A stretch of DNA of 59,242 nucleotides, counting the filler, from Streblomastix strix (lineage: Eukaryota): assembly GCA_008636045.1 (NCBI GenBank). It is 3 parts of 3 records of this genome, joined end to end, with 100 filler letters (N's around TTAATTAATTAA, not from the genome) between each part and the next. Parts side by side here need not be neighbours in the genome. Positions count along the whole stretch, not along the records: positions 39,564 to 59,242 come from SNRW01000496.1; 2 more parts are not named here. One strand, given 5' to 3'. Positions 44,470 through 58,300 of this stretch are shown piece after piece; positions within the stretch are counted from its first letter, which is position 1; every line of letters starts with the position of its first letter. Position numbers and translations under genes: made by a program. The notes beneath the pieces were generated by a model. The model ran no database searches. It worked only from the letters and a program-made list of their open reading frames with translations, and was not told where the DNA came from.

Positions 44470-47400
44470 TCAGAATTGGTTTTTAACTTAACGGTTGCAA
44501 GAAACACCTAATAAATCCTACCCATCTGAAACAAATCCCGAATAAGTACAACCACATTCTTCGTTTACCTGCATCCAATTCAACCAGTTCGGCTATTCAT
44601 CTTCTAGCTGTTGCTTCTCATATTACTATGAAAATACTACAGTCTACTTAAGCAACTGCTCATCATCTTGCTCTACCGATTATCTGCCTTAACTCTGGCG
44701 TATTTTCTTCATCTCATTCGAATACACGTCTCTCATCATATCAGCATCTCTAATATTGTGATCTTGCTTCAAGACTTATACGAAATCGGCTACATCATAT
44801 CGTACGTTCAGTGCAATAATGCCTCCAAATAGACGCTGCCCGTTGTCTGGGATATGTAGCGATGGCTTCAATTCATCTTGTTATGGTTCAAACAAGCCAC
44901 TTGACTGATCCTAACTGTTTCCTTTGTTAATCTGATCTGAACGTCCAAAATTGTCATCTTCCTCCTAGCATCTCTCTTTTTAGTCTTCATCAATGCAATA
45001 TTTGATTCTCTTAACATGTTCTATGTCAACTTCAAATTTTGTCTTCTCGTGAATTCTCATCTCATTTGCTCTTCTTTCATCTGTGAACTCTTTCCTTTTA
45101 ATATAAAGTGTTTGTTATTATTATTATTATTATTATTACTGTTATTGCCATGATTAGTTTTAAACTGTAGAATCAACCATGAAATGATTACCTCCGATAT
45201 TATCAAAACATTATATCTCAGGAATACACACACTTCTCTTAAAATCAGAGACTAGATGGGCGTTTGCCAATGCAAGTGAAACATTTGTGAAAGAAGGCAT
45301 CCTTTGCCTGTTGGCTGTAGCAAACCTAGCAGTCATTGCTTGTCGAAGATCATCATATTACATCTAACGACAGCACGGCATATCAGCAAAATCAACCAAG
45401 TACATGTCGTAATCATCTTTTGGAAGCACAGGTTTCTGGTAGTACCTCCTCTTGGGTGTATACTCACAGACGTCCTCAGTACAAAACGAATGAATAACCT
45501 CGTCAAATTAATGTGACTCTACCATATCAACGTCATATTGTGTGATCGATCCGCATTTGAGCGATTCGCAATTATCCGGAATGTTGTGCGTTGACCTCAT
45601 TTGCTCATATTGCTAGGGATCGTATTCTTGTTTATCTGGGTTAAGTATAGTTTCCTATAACTCTACTAACTTGTCTGCGATTCTGTTTCGTAGCTTAGAC
45701 TGGTCGTACATTTACAGTGCATAACTCAATACAAGAACTGCACAAAATTGGCAATCCATCCACTACATCTAAAACGGCATTTAAATTTTGTGGCTCTGAA
45801 GGACTTTTTCGTCGTAAGTCAGGTAGCTGAAATTTCCAAACATCTCGTACTAGCAGTATGTAGACATTCTTAGCAGTTATCGCATTAGGTGGAATTGTTA
45901 TTACGAATTTTATATGCTTATATTAGATGATAGCTAATCACAAATGAGAAGGAGCGGAGCCTACGAGGGAACAGGATAGTTCATTATCTCGTAGGAATAA
46001 GACGGATATAAACTTGGCAGCTATATTTAATTTAAGCTATTCTCATCATATTCAATTTAATGAGCGAAGCGATCAAACAGTCTGTAATGTTTTTTTGCAT
46101 CCAGAAGTTGTAATTGCAGGTCATTAGATTATGTTTAGTTTGCCATGCCTGAAACTTGTTTTGAACTACCAATCTATTCGTTTGTTCTCTCGGAATTTGG
46201 AAACTTCAAACCTAGCCCTAGCCTTTCTTCTTCAATACGAACTTCTTCTTCAACAGGCGACAAAAATAAGTCCTATAAAAATATTTAGGCTACATTATCA
46301 ATATCTTTATTTGGGACTGTATGAGTTATTTGCGTATTAATTCCGTTATAAATACTATTGACTATTGCTTTTAAATCTTTGTCGTCTTCCAACTCTTTTT
46401 GTTGATACTAGCTAGAAATTAATTCTTCAAGAACACGAAGACGATGGGGAGGTTAATGTAGACGATTCAGTAATTATTGAAGTGGAAAATACTTCTATAT
46501 CTCTGACAGTGATACAGAAAGCTGTTAAACGGACAAAGCAGGTCCCCCATTTTCAAGCAAATTCGTACATTTCATTAATAATTAATCATAAGGTTCAGTA
46601 AATGGATCAAATGTGGCGCATAGCTCAGTATCTTGCAATTTGATGGACTTTGGAATACTACCGACGATCTTTGTTTACCTCGAATCTTAAGAAACATATT
46701 ATTCTTGTTACTATTATTGTGATGTGCCATGCTCATCCATTGAAGTATTATTTTCTACAATGATCTTAAATCTTTTTATTCCTTCATCAGTTACATTACT
46801 ATCAATTGTGCCCCTTTTACGTTTAATAGCTGTATTGACATTGAAAGGATTATAGCATCTAACAAAATCAAGCCAGAGCCGGAAGAATACATTCATTAAA
46901 GAGTTAGACATCTCTGGCACTTCTAGCCCTAGAATATCTAATATACCGACATTTTTCACGTTGCAACCTAGCAGAAGATTGGAATGCCCATGATTGTATA
47001 CACAAGTAGCAATCAATTCTTTATCTGCAAATCTATGCCCGAGCCCACCAGTATTCTAGGATTAATTATATGCAAAAATGAAATCGTCATCAAATTTCAA
47101 AGATGATGGAATGATGGGAAAACTCCTCATGCCATTAGGTGTGTTTTTTCCTAATAATGATGGCAGTGAAACTTAAATAGGTATAGTAGCTTGAATAGGA
47201 ACTGAATTACGGTTGCACTACAACGAATAATTTAAAAGATACGCTACAAATGATCCATGAGGCGAATTGTTAAATTCTTACAGGAATGATAAGTCTTTGG
47301 ATAGTAACTTTTTAAAGTACTCATTTTCGTTGTCGCCATTCTATTAGCTTAATTTTGAAGCGATCATGTTATATCGCTCAATTCTAGCATCCATCAATTT

Positions 47401-50400
47401 GTCTCGAATAGATTAAAATTATTAATGACTCCAATCTATATCTCCTTTTGTCGATATATCAAAAAAGCTAGGCTTGTATATCTGTCTGAGCTATGTACAA
47501 AACATTGAGACTGAAAATTGATACAAATCTATATGTTTATTGATATGTTGATTATTTACAAGATTTGAAATAATTGTATTTTCCAATTATCTTACTTTTA
47601 TATCTTCAATATTGTCGTTTGAATATCTATTTATCTTAAATGATAAATAAGGTACATACTTTAATGAGGAATATACATCTTAAAATCCCATCTCCTTTCC
47701 AATTATAGGGTTTTAAATTGATATTTATCTAGAAATGTTCTAATTATAATAAAAGTGGTATGTTTGTTAATAGACACTTTTAAGATTATCGATGGCTTTA
47801 GGTTGAGTAACTATTTTTCTTGTTTAATCTCTCCCATCTGATTCTGTATGTGTTAATAATGACTTAATAAATTAAAAATTAGGCAATTGTACAGTCTACT
47901 GTATATCGCTGGTTCTAAGTATGTAGTTACCAATAGCCGAGAACATAACATCAAGTAACTCTCCATCCATACCCTCGGATGAGATGGATTCAAGAAGGCA
48001 AGACTAGGTTATGTCGTGACAATTTGGCCCTGAAACAGGATAGGGAATAGCAAGTTTGGAATTGCCTATTTTAAACGTCCTTATGCGAAGTAATGTCTAC
48101 CGGGATATCTGAACAAACAACGGGGAGCATGGAAGTGCAAATGTTGGCAGTATCAACTCAGTCTGTTCTTTACCTTCTTCTTTACCAAGTTTCTCTAATT
48201 CCTACTTATATGACTTGCTGAGTATAGTATTCCTATTCAACATGTACTCGTCAATACTCACGTGCACTGCAACTGGCAGGCGCAATGAAGGCAATGATTT
48301 GATTATATTGAGCACTGATGGAACTATCTCGAACTACTGATACTGTCCATCAATCATTATCTGTCTTAATCGCTCTGCTGGGACAACACTCCTGTTTCCT
48401 TCACGTAGATTGTCAGCCCAAGGTGTAGGAAGGATGCGGAAGGGCTAGAAGATTGGAAACATGAAGCATCTAATCGTACTGAACCAGAAATGGAGGACCC
48501 TCATGAAGTGTATCATAATATAGTATGAGTCGGGATTTGGTGGAAGAATTACATCATCCCTTAGGAGGTGGTGTAATAGGGTGTTGTTATTTGCTCCTTA
48601 TCTCTCAAATCTCTCAAAAACAAAGACTGTCCAATTTGATCTGTCTACGAGATCCATCCTAACCTACCTTTCGTTCTTCCATTTGTATCCAGCAGGACTG
48701 GGGCGATGAGGAACGTAATTGGTACTTTCCGAGCTCTATCTCTAACTCTTTTATGGCGAATTAAGCAACGCTAGAACAACTTACTAAGCATCTTAATTAA
48801 AATTCACATATAGCGGCTACTGTTACATTATGTTACAAAAAGGTATACTTAGAGTCAGGACTATCACATTACCATGGTTTATTTATCTGACGCATTCTTA
48901 TGTTTTGATATTATAACTAGCTGCAAACTTCATCAGTTCGTCAATCAATCCAAGTTTATTATCATCCCTCCTCATTTCTATTCTTTTGTCTATGTACGTA
49001 ACTGTTATGTTTAATGTTGGGAGGATGTACTACTTCATTTGATGAATAATATATTGCTACGATAAATATGTACTGTAGCCTTATTTCATGCCTTAATTAT
49101 CGATTGAATTGCAAGAATCTATTTTGGACGGTCCTATTGTCGTCCATATGCCGATGATACGTATATCTGTTGAATTTTATATATTCACTTATATATCAGA
49201 TAGTTCTATCCAATGATCATCCCAAAATATTCTATGAAGAGGAACCTCGAATTCTTGCTACTAAGGAACTTGCGATTATTAATGAAATGAGTTATATACA
49301 GACGTAGCTAATTATAATGAAAACTTTCTCTAGCCATCCTTGCCAAATTCATATTGGAACTTACTTAGCAAGTTGTTTATTGTTTATTTTGAAGGTGCAC
49401 TTCCTGCTATTTTCTATTAGTCAGGATGATCTAACAAATAAATACTGACACTTTCTAGCTCCTACAGTTGATTTTCATGCTAAATATATTAGATATCCTC
49501 TTTGTTATCTTACTACTAATTACTTTCTTCCAAATTCTATTAAATCGACGTTCGGTTGCTAAAATTATTATCAAGATTCTAGGTACATTTGGTTAGTATT
49601 TGAGCAGCTGCTTCTCTATCTCTGCAGTCTCTCCACTCGCTAGTCGATAGGATTGCACTAATAATATATGTAAGAATCAGTTCATCCATCAGCAACAAAT
49701 TAACAATAAGATATCTGAAAGAATTATAACATTAAACTCGCCCAGATGATCCACATTGTTTTGTGCTGCTAAGTTGCTACTCTCTCACCAGTTTAATCGG
49801 TCGCAATTCGCTGTTTCTTAGCATGCATAATGTTGCAATACTTATTTCATCAAAATTAACTTTATTCGCTTCCGATCCTTTGACAGTACATTCTAAGCTG
49901 TCGTCATTCCTAATGTCTCTCATTATTAAGTGTGTAGGTTTCTCCTCTTTGATCCGACTCAATATATCACCAACAGCTCTTCATATGAGTGAAATGTATA
50001 GGATGAAATTGCACATAAACAATTCATGTCTGAATTGCCTTGCTATAATGTCTGAAGGGTAATACCTTATGTGCTGGAACACTGGCTGGTCCTCGAGAAG
50101 GAATTATCTGAGGATTTGTTACTCACTTCGAGGATTTGATGTTCTAGAATGATAGTATGAAGTTGTAAATCTTGTTCGTTTCCTTATATCATTGTCAAAT
50201 TACATTGATGGTATCCTAGAAAATTATTATTCTATTAATTGATCAATGTTAGTTAAATGATCATTAGAAATGTTAACTTATGGAATTATAGTTATTTTCT
50301 TTGGATCACTACTACTACCGTTTCTGAAATTATTTGCCCATCTCTTACTCATCTTTCTTTCTGTAGCACACACTTGTCTGTATAGATCTGTGTCGAAGTT

Positions 50401-53400
50401 GCATTCTATCTAAGTTCTCATTAATTATATATTAACTAATTCTAGGCGCTTTGCAAAATTATAAAGCAGAGGTCCGAACCCATCCATTATTACTTGCTCA
50501 TCGCTTGATAGATTAGAGGACTTCTCCTTGAAACTCTAGGTAGAGTCTATCTTTTGAATATTTTATTCTGTCTTCAATTATTCTAGTTTTCTCTTCATCC
50601 TCAAAACATCATCATCGTCAAGCTGCTTGAATATTTGAACTAGAAATGTATCGTTAAGCTCATCACGATTGTCTTTTTATCCTTCTGATGGTGTCTGCTT
50701 GTTATGTGTTTACTCACTATTATTCAACACTAGCGAAAGCGCAGTTATATATAGGGTAGCAGACAAATAATGCATTTAATCTATGGTATTGTCATATGGT
50801 TGAATTTTAATCGGTCTAGGATATAAAAGCATATGTTACATGTACATTGGAGATATTATCAAATCGACGTACAATTAATCTGGTGCTAGCCGCTCCCCCG
50901 GTAACAAGTGAACAAGAAACGGCTCTATATCATGTTGCAAAGTTTTCAATATCTAACTCGGATTGACTTATTCCGTGTATGAATGCCAAACTGGATTCCC
51001 TGAGCCATCATCCTTATCCATTTGGGAATGTTTTATATCAACTGCTATATGAGGATTTAAAGTAGATGAGAACTGAGCATATGTAACGTTTTGTAGAAAT
51101 TAGATGGTAAGATCACACTTTTCTGGCGTAACTTATTCAAGTTACTATAGAATAGTATGGAAGAGAGACAATTTATTAGTATTATTGTTAAGATTGTTAC
51201 TGCTGCTGTTGCCATTCAAACCCTTTTTTAACTAGGAATGTACTATCGCAAGGGATATCCAATTTGATTCTCCATCATTAATTTCTTATTATACTTACGA
51301 TTGACTAATAATGACATTTGTTTCGTTCTCTAAAGTCACATCTAGATCAGCTTTTGTATATTTTGTTCTAGATTTTTATTCATATAATACTACATAACAA
51401 TCAATAGCATGTATTAATGATTATACTCCTCTGCCCAAAGTAAAATTCCTCCCGTAGTATTCACCATTGGTAAAATTTGGTGGATCCCAAGTACAATCAT
51501 ACTACTAATTTGCATTGTATATCTAAGTTTATTCTTAATCGACTGAATTTACACAGTTGATATCGTTAGCAATAGAATCAATGCTCTATTTATTTATATA
51601 ATCTTTTTCCATTGGTTTACTTGCATCCAGACTAATTTCGTCAATCGTGATTTTTTTGAGCCATTGTAGTCCTTCAATCGTACTTTTTTCTGGCGTACAG
51701 AATTTATTGTCGATGTAAATATGGGTGTTATTTGATATATGTTGAATAATACGACAGAGAAGTAGGCGTATGTCTATGAAACATTAGAAGTTAAGATCTA
51801 AATCTTTCCACATCCCTTAGGCTACATTTTATCCATTCGCCTAACGTTTTATAGATTCAGTTAGATCTTATTACCTTAATTCACTGTTAGGTTATTTGTC
51901 TCCTTTGGATTATGTCTACTATAAATTGTTCAAATATTCTAATTTATTCAGAAAATAATCAGCAAAGTATATAAAATGAATCGCCCCGTACATATCACAA
52001 TAATCCTTACAGTGAGTGTTGAGTTAAAATGGTGGAGTGACCAACAGCTGCCTTCGTTACTCGCGTTTTTTTTTCAGCTCGTAATGTTGTCGTTGTAGAT
52101 GAAGTGGTTTCTGTTAAACAGATGGGAATACTTTAGGAAGAAGTAATTCTTCGAGTTCAAATTCATATTCAGAGCGTAATATATTCTTTCTTTAAAAGTA
52201 TAAACTCACAAATTCATACTAAGGAAGATCAAATAATCTAAGAACATTAATATTGATGCTCCGATTGAACAAGCCACATAGCATTTCACCCACATCTTGG
52301 AATTCAAACTAACTCCATCCGATGCTCTTTCCATACTTATATATTATTCTTCGGATTGTGTAGTTTATTGGAAAGTGCTAAAGCAATTGACGTCCACCAA
52401 ATGGGAACATAAACTATAGTAGCGACTTATTCAGTTCGTGCGATATGTATTAGTTAATGCTATATATGTTGAATGGAATATTCGTTCCTATTGAACTATT
52501 GATATTAGAATTAATTCGGGAATTTTAATCCTTTTATATATTTATTTACTAATCTATGATTGATTGGGTCTATTGGTGAATAATCATTACGTGCGGAGTT
52601 TAAATAGAATCTTATCCTGATTATAATGATGATGACTATGACAATGATGATGATGACGATGTTTGAAAATAGGGGAATATATCATGAATTACTTTCATTA
52701 ATGAATCATTATTGATAATGTTTCTTTTATCCACTTTTAATATATCAATTGTCTTACAATTCACTTAATTTTCATGTGAGCTTTTAGAATCTTGCTTTTA
52801 CACAGTTTATTATTAATTCAATTTGACAGATTCTTAGTCAACTGATTGAGTTATATCTAAATGAGGACTTTTCAATTCTATAAGACTTTCATATTGATGT
52901 AAGTTTATCTTTGATGATTCCAAATAGAAGAACCTTGACTAGCTGCCGTCATCATCCATGTCCTGTAAATAAGATTTTATGTCTTTAGATTAATCAGTTG
53001 TTATAATATCTTTTTATAGATCATCAGAAAGATTTGATTACTTAACCTATTCTTTATGTATAGATTTCAATCTACTCACATACTATTAATACTCTATTTC
53101 CAACCCTTCATTGACCGCTTCTTAAAGTTATTATTTGGCATTCAATTGTTAATTATAATCTTTCAGCTGAAATATCAAATTTCGTGGATTTTTTATTTTT
53201 TTCTATTTGTATAAGTTGTGTGATTAAAGACCATCGTAGAACACCCAATTATCATTGTGAATATTCATCATGTATGTATTATAATGCCCACCGCAGCCTT
53301 ATGTGGTATATGCAGATACAGCTATTAACTCATACCTACGAATTTCTTATACACCATTTATGATGAATTTAACATCCTGAGATAATGGTACTGTTACTTC

Positions 53401-54546
53401 GGACTTGTACTGTGGCATAAATCCTGAAATTGCATTTATATACAATATTTATGGCACTCTAGAGAAATATTCAAATTCGTAAAATGAACCTTTAGTGTTG
53501 CACTCATCACATTTGCATTATTCATTAGCATTATATTAAAACCAGACATTCATAAATGTGAGCAATTAGTCACAAATTGTTGTATTTGTAATTTGTCCAG
53601 TCATTTAAATCATTTATGTAACCTTTGGTCTAGAAATGCAATGACTGCATGTAGGAAAATACATCAGTCTTCTAAAATCAGTATTAAACAGGTTTCCCAC
53701 AAAAGTTGAGCCAACTTATTCAGTAAGGTCCGCTGATAACTCATACTGTATCCATTAAAGAATATTAGTTGTAAATTCATCTGCGTCTTGTTGTTAAACT
53801 AACAGATAATCCTCACTTTGACGAGTAGCAGAATGTTATAAGGCATATCTTAATTCTACACCACTAATTATTTTCCGTTCTGATGTAAAATAATTTCTGA
53901 TGAATTTAGCATATTGGAAAGAAACTCTAGAGTTAGCAATAGCATTAAGTCTCAAATGACCTAAAAATTTATACGATAAAAAGAACGTCGAAAGTGGAAT
54001 AATACGAGCAAGTGTATGCAATATACTCATATAACATGTAAGTTTGTTTGATGACATAACTGGACGTTAATTATTGATAACAAGATGTAAGTCTGATACC
54101 TTATTCTTTGACTTGCGATTGGATACATTTTGTTGTTAATTCTTGTTATAATTGTAAATTTATTTGTAGCTGGATGGATTATTTGGGCGTGTTCTGGACA
54201 AGTCTATGTATTCATTAAATGATTCAGCCTTATCACTTCCAAAGCCTGATGTAAGTACCTAAACACTATAATCAGTATTATAGAGACGTTACCCTGAAAG
54301 TTTTAATTCTTCAACTGTTGCTTCGGTAAATTTTCTATTTTTTTAATATTATTTTATTTCAAATTCGTCATAGAGCTATAACTTACATTAATTTACAATC
54401 TCTTATATGATCCTTTAGAAGGAGAAGGAAATAGGCACCGACACATGAATTGGTTGGGATCCTTTGTCTTTATAGCAGATAAAAGTCATGGTCTGAGATT
54501 TTGCTTATATGATATTATTATTAGGGCTTGTAAATGCTTTATTCAT
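44470..54546 (-). CDS. Giant protein of about 3,350 aa: N-terminal USP (C19) deubiquitinase domain plus CE-clan (Ulp1/C48)-like modules
   Basis: One frame runs from ATG 54546 to TGA 44470-44472 with a single internal TGA (49981-49983). The USP has TCYMS (Cys 54034), QQQDADEF, Zn-finger CxxC, GGHY (His 53284) and WVFYD (Asp 53233). The C48-like module has NHGHSNLLL...GILD and PFQMQWMDCQF. Confidence 0.85.
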
Positions 54547-55386
54547 AGCTCTAAAGAGATTTTCAAAAAAAAAAAAAATAAAATAAAATTCACACTATAA
54601 TTTCATACTAAACTAATAAAAAGACCGGAAGTTTAATATTATTATTGCATGTGAACATAAATTACGAAATTTGTTTCATTAATATGTTTTGATGTAACTA
54701 TATATTTTTGTGATTTCTTGATTTTTTTTTTTTTAAAAAAAAACAAAAAAAAAAAACGGTTGTTCACTGATCGTTATGATTATAATAAATATAATTTTAA
54801 TTTGGATTATGTGTAGTTAAAGGAATTTAATCAATTGTATGTTTATTTGAAACTTTTACTTTATTTATATATCAATCTTTTTGTGTAAAAGATTTGTATA
54901 GAAAAAAAAATAAATAAATAAATAATTTTATATGTTATATCTATATTAATCAATATTATCTAATTCTGTGTTAAAGATTATTTTCATAATTTTAGTTTAA
55001 TCATCAAGTTAAAATATTCGAGTAAAAATTATTTTTTTTTCCAACTTTGAATTATTTGAATTATTTCAGTTCTTAAAATGAAAATAAAGTTTCACACTTG
55101 TAAATTTTCTTATATTATATTGGATTAATAAATATAAACTAAGCTCATAGTGTGTATTATTTTAACATTGTATTTATATATATACATATATATTAATATT
55201 ATCAGTATCAAATCCTTAATAAATATATTTACAATAGGATTATACTATGTTTGATAATAAATTAAAATTTAATGCAGTTATAGTTTGATATAAATCTCTC
55301 ATATATTTATATGTATATATAATTTATTTGCAAAACTCATTTGTATTTATAAATATTATCAAAAGGCAAATGAAATGGAATATTAC

Positions 55387-58300
55387 TCAGACACGATATG
55401 GTTTAAAAAATACATATTTGTTATAAATAGAATTCGTTAACATTTATCCATCATCAATATTACCCAAACTGTAACTGATGCCTTCGAAATTCTACTGAAG
55501 TTAATATAGGGGCTGTATAAATTTCTTTGATTTATTTCTTTGTTATTTTTTGAAATATATTAAATCTTCTATATCTCTGCATATATGAAGAACCGAGGAA
55601 AGTGGGAATTCATTCATTAATGATTATTTATATTCTTCAGTCATATCTTCACCACTAAGGAATGTTTCATCAAAAGCAATCTACCACAACAACTAGATAT
55701 ATTCAAGGTACATCCTATTGGACTGTACCTTAAAGCCAGTCATTATTATTTCCCAAATTCTCTGAAATATTTCAGATCTACCCTTGTATACATAGCGTGT
55801 ATAATAGCGAAAGACAGTATCATGTTAAGGACATGCAGGATATTTATGAAACTGAGATTGAAGAAGTTCTTCGGAAGAAGACGAGTTCAAGATAGGTTAT
55901 TCAATATGATTATCGGTGAATTGTAAAAGAACTTCATAAAACGATATAAGAGGGTGTGTTTAGAAAAGTTGCAAGTGATTATTATTTGCTCGTTTCAATA
56001 TGTCCTTTGCAAATGTTCTAATGTCCGAATTGATTTGACTAATTCGTACTGCAATTTATTCTAATATTAACGTTGACATGGAAGTTAACTTCTTATTAGA
56101 TGACACTATTTATATTAAATGTTTTTTGTTTAATAATCCAATAAATTGATTAGTTCGAGTATCGACTTAGTTACCATAAAAGATTTTGATCAACTCAAAC
56201 TAATGATCGAGGAAATTGTCCCGAGGTTATTGTTATATAGCTAGATATAAGGGTAGATATAAGAAGCGTCTCATTTTTATGTTAGATTATGAATCATTGC
56301 TTAAGTTTTTGATTTAAAACACATGGATATTCTATTCATCTATATTTTGTATATCTTAATAAGTATTAATATTAGCTTACCAATCTTATACAGTCAGATA
56401 TTATAAAATTTGCAAAAATTTGTCATTTGATGCTTTATTGCTTTCATCGTATACATATTAGTTGGGTATTTCAGTTTGTCTATTAAATCTCATTTCATAT
56501 TCACTTTAACATTACTATACATATTGTACAACTAAGCTATGAATAAAAGCAGTATTATGGAGTGGATCACTATCATAAACGATATCGTTTGGATATTATC
56601 GGGATTAATATTGGATAATGCCTTTTTTAATTAATTATTTTAATTTTTTGTCAAGATATTCACATTCATCGTCATTATTATCACCCGATTTAATACCATT
56701 ATTAATATTTGATTAATTGTCATCGTTAATTAAATCAAATTTGTTTAATAAATCCTATAATTAGCTAAAATTTGTCAAACCTTCTGAATTCGAATAAATA
56801 CGAAAAGCTAAAAATTCTAAGTATTTAAGACGTGGTAAAGGTTAGGAAACCATCGATGCTAATTACTTATATGAACAATGATACTCTGCAGATTAATCTA
56901 AGTTCGAAGAATGACTAATTTTATCAGGATTATTGTATTATCCAGTCGATGCTTTATCTTTCTTCTATATATTTCTCCTGAAATTGGTAGTTAAACCTTC
57001 AAGCAACTCTGTATAGTTGGCATTAATAGTTATAGTCGGCATTTTGACATTTTTATCGTATTAGCACACACTACGATATCTAGATAAAAACCTTGAATTT
57101 TTGAGTTGGTCAAATATTTTTAATATGTATTCTATATTAGTATGAAAATAGGAACAATCATCAAATTTGATGCCTGTGAATATATATTGCAATATTGATA
57201 TTGGATTGCCGTCTGTTTCGCTATCTTAAAAAGACATACTTTGGATTTAACGTGAAACTTCATCTATGATGTTGTTGGTAATTATGCTTTTTTCTGTAAG
57301 AATATGCATATCATTTTCAAAATCTCGACTGCCATCTTGCTTAATATCGCAACGGTTAGGGCGGCAGTTCTCTTCCGATTTAACCTATATTTTTTTAAGT
57401 TATTTAATTTTGTCATCAGCAAAGGAATTTTCCTATAATGCCTAACAGGAATGTGGATGCTGTTCTTCTTCTATAATGCAATATCTGCGCATAAGACATG
57501 TAACTTACCGACTTAACAGTGATAAACGGTTTGAACCAGGTAAAAAATATCTTGTACTATTAATGGATTTTGAGCTGTTTGAATATCTCATGTGTTAATA
57601 AATGAAGAATCTATACGAAGGTTCAGACATGACAATATTACTAAGTTAATCGTTCTACGTATTAGAATTCTGATGCGATTCACTCGTAAGATAGTCAGCC
57701 CAATCATCTGGAAGAACTCAATATGGTAGAAAAGATGGAAATACAGGATTTGGCACAGTACTTAACCAAAAATGAAGAACTTCCATATATTCAACACCGT
57801 CTTATAAGCACGATTTAATATCTATGCTACAGAAAACAAAGACTATCCAATTGGACTATTGCTGATAGTCCAGACAGTTCTAACAGAGACTCTAATTTAA
57901 AAACTAATTACCTTTGGATGTTTTTATATCCAGTATTGCAAGTGTAACTTTGTTCTATTTTTCATTAAAGTTAACGAACATATTTCCATTCATACCGGAT
58001 ACGTATCTGTCTAATGATATTGTTATATAACTATTGAACTTGTTGCTAATTAGACGACCTTATAAATCATAATAAGTTATATTGTATTATTTCGAACTAT
58101 CCTTTTCAGATGATTTATATTAATGGTACGTTGCAATATCAAATAAAACCTAATAATGCGTCTTATTTTCTGTATTTATGTTAAACCATATTGTTATCTT
58201 AGGTATATGGTTCTTAGTTAAAACTCTCTAAAACTTATCAGAGTAAGTAATTGTTGAATCATCAAGACCAAACAAACCATTACCAAATGTTTGTAATCCT

